From: Octopus vulgaris
Lineage: Eukaryota
NCBI GenBank assembly: GCA_951406725.2
Contig: OX597820.1
Span: 100,564,001-100,628,000, forward strand
Direction: 5' to 3'
DNA: 64,000 nucleotides
Below, in pieces: positions 62,908 to 64,000 of the stretch (position 1 is the first letter of the stretch; each line of letters starts with the position of its first letter). A model generated the notes under the pieces. The model made no database searches. It was not told the origin of the DNA and saw nothing but the letters and a program-made list of their open reading frames with translations. A program made the position numbers and the translations under genes.

Positions 62908-63120
62908 TTAATCCTCTGGTTACCATATTTCTACTGAAATACACCGTCTTTGATGCAATAAATTTTGAAGAAAATAAATCATTTAGTAAAATAACTTTGT
63001 CATTATTGAGTTTGTGCTTGGAACACAAATTAACATGGAAATTCAATGGAAAGTTTTAATAAAGAACATTTTAAATCAGGGAGTTTGAATGATATAACCA
63101 GGATCAGTTTCAGGGATAAG
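62908..63120. mobile_element. piggyBac-like MITE family B
   Basis: Starts TTAATCCTCTGGTTACCATATTTC; its reverse complement matches the split copy at 33680-33752 plus 34355-34500. Confidence 0.6.
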
Positions 63121-63582
63121 GCTGATTCACTTATCTGTGCCCTCCCCTGTACAAATTCATGGTATTATATTATCATTCTGAGTTCAAATCCTGCTGAAAT
63201 CAACTTTACTTTTCATCCTTCTGGAACTGATCAATAAAATGAATTACAAGTCCCTAGAAATCAATGGCCTTATTTATCCTAATTTATCCTTTTATTTTCA
63301 AAAATGGTCAACACTCTATCTCAGAGACACTAATGGTACTTCATAAAGAGCATCAACAACAGATGATGCAGGTGTGCAGGTAGCTGAAGAATTGCAGCTG
63401 CTCCCATTAATACTACACTTTCTGGGTGTCTTCATTCACAAGGGCACCTTACAAGAGTGAAGTTATTTTCATTGTCACAGATGTACAAGATACCATGAAA
63501 GGTCCACTGTCTCTATGTGGTTTCAAGAAGTTGGATTTAAATTATAGTGAGGGGAGAGCTGAACTTTATCATAATCATCAAA

Positions 63583-63583
<1 letters not shown>

Positions 63584-63645
<62 letters not shown>

Positions 63646-63660
63646 TCAATAATTATTATT
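63584..63660. repeat. (TTA)n microsatellite
   Basis: Visible directly; (TAA/TTA)n and (CAT/GAT)n tracts recur beside nearly every SINE and LINE end. Confidence 0.95.
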
Positions 63661-64000
63661 AAGACAGTGAGCTGGCAGAATTGTTAGTATGCTGAACAAC
63701 ATGCTTCATGGCATTTCTTCTGGTTCATGTTGTGAGTTCAAATTCTGTTGAGGTTAACATTGCTTTGATCCTCAAAGGGTCATTAAAATAAGTACCAGTT
63801 GAACATTGGGGTTGAGGTATCCTACTAACCACATTCCCTGCAATTTCAGGCCTTGTGCCTACAGTAGAAAAGATCATCATCATCATCATCATCATCATCA
63901 TTATTATTATGATTATTAAGGTGGGTGAGCTTCCTATATCTTAAATTAAATTTGACAGTTTTTTGCAAAACTAACTGAACTGTTGTGCAATAAAGAAAAA

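Overview
AT-rich, repeat-dense animal genomic DNA. The SINE, RTE-tail and microsatellite content points to an octopus (Octopus sp.); this assignment is an inference. The window holds the C-terminal half of a minus-strand ABCA-subfamily (ABCA1/4/7-like) lipid transporter gene. I traced 20 phase-compatible GT-AG exons from 62751 down to 8305 (2868 nt, 956 codons), covering the inter-half linker, TMD2/ECD2, NBD2 (Walker A GVNGAGKT, signature YSGGNKRKL, Walker B IIFLDEPT, H-loop TSHS) and R2. The upstream exons and the terminal exon appear to lie outside the window. The introns are filled with tRNA-derived SINEs, RTE, Dong/R4 and Hero LINE fragments, piggyBac, pogo, mariner and Helitron relics, several TE nests and long microsatellites. 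Most listed ORFs are repeat artefacts. The most interesting unexplained signals lie on the transcribed (minus) strand: a Penelope-type minimal hammerhead ribozyme with an intact core (about 32131-32216), a second degenerate one (3005-3042), a 122-bp near-perfect palindrome whose only mismatch becomes G-U in the pre-mRNA, further hairpins, and two candidate cryptic exons.
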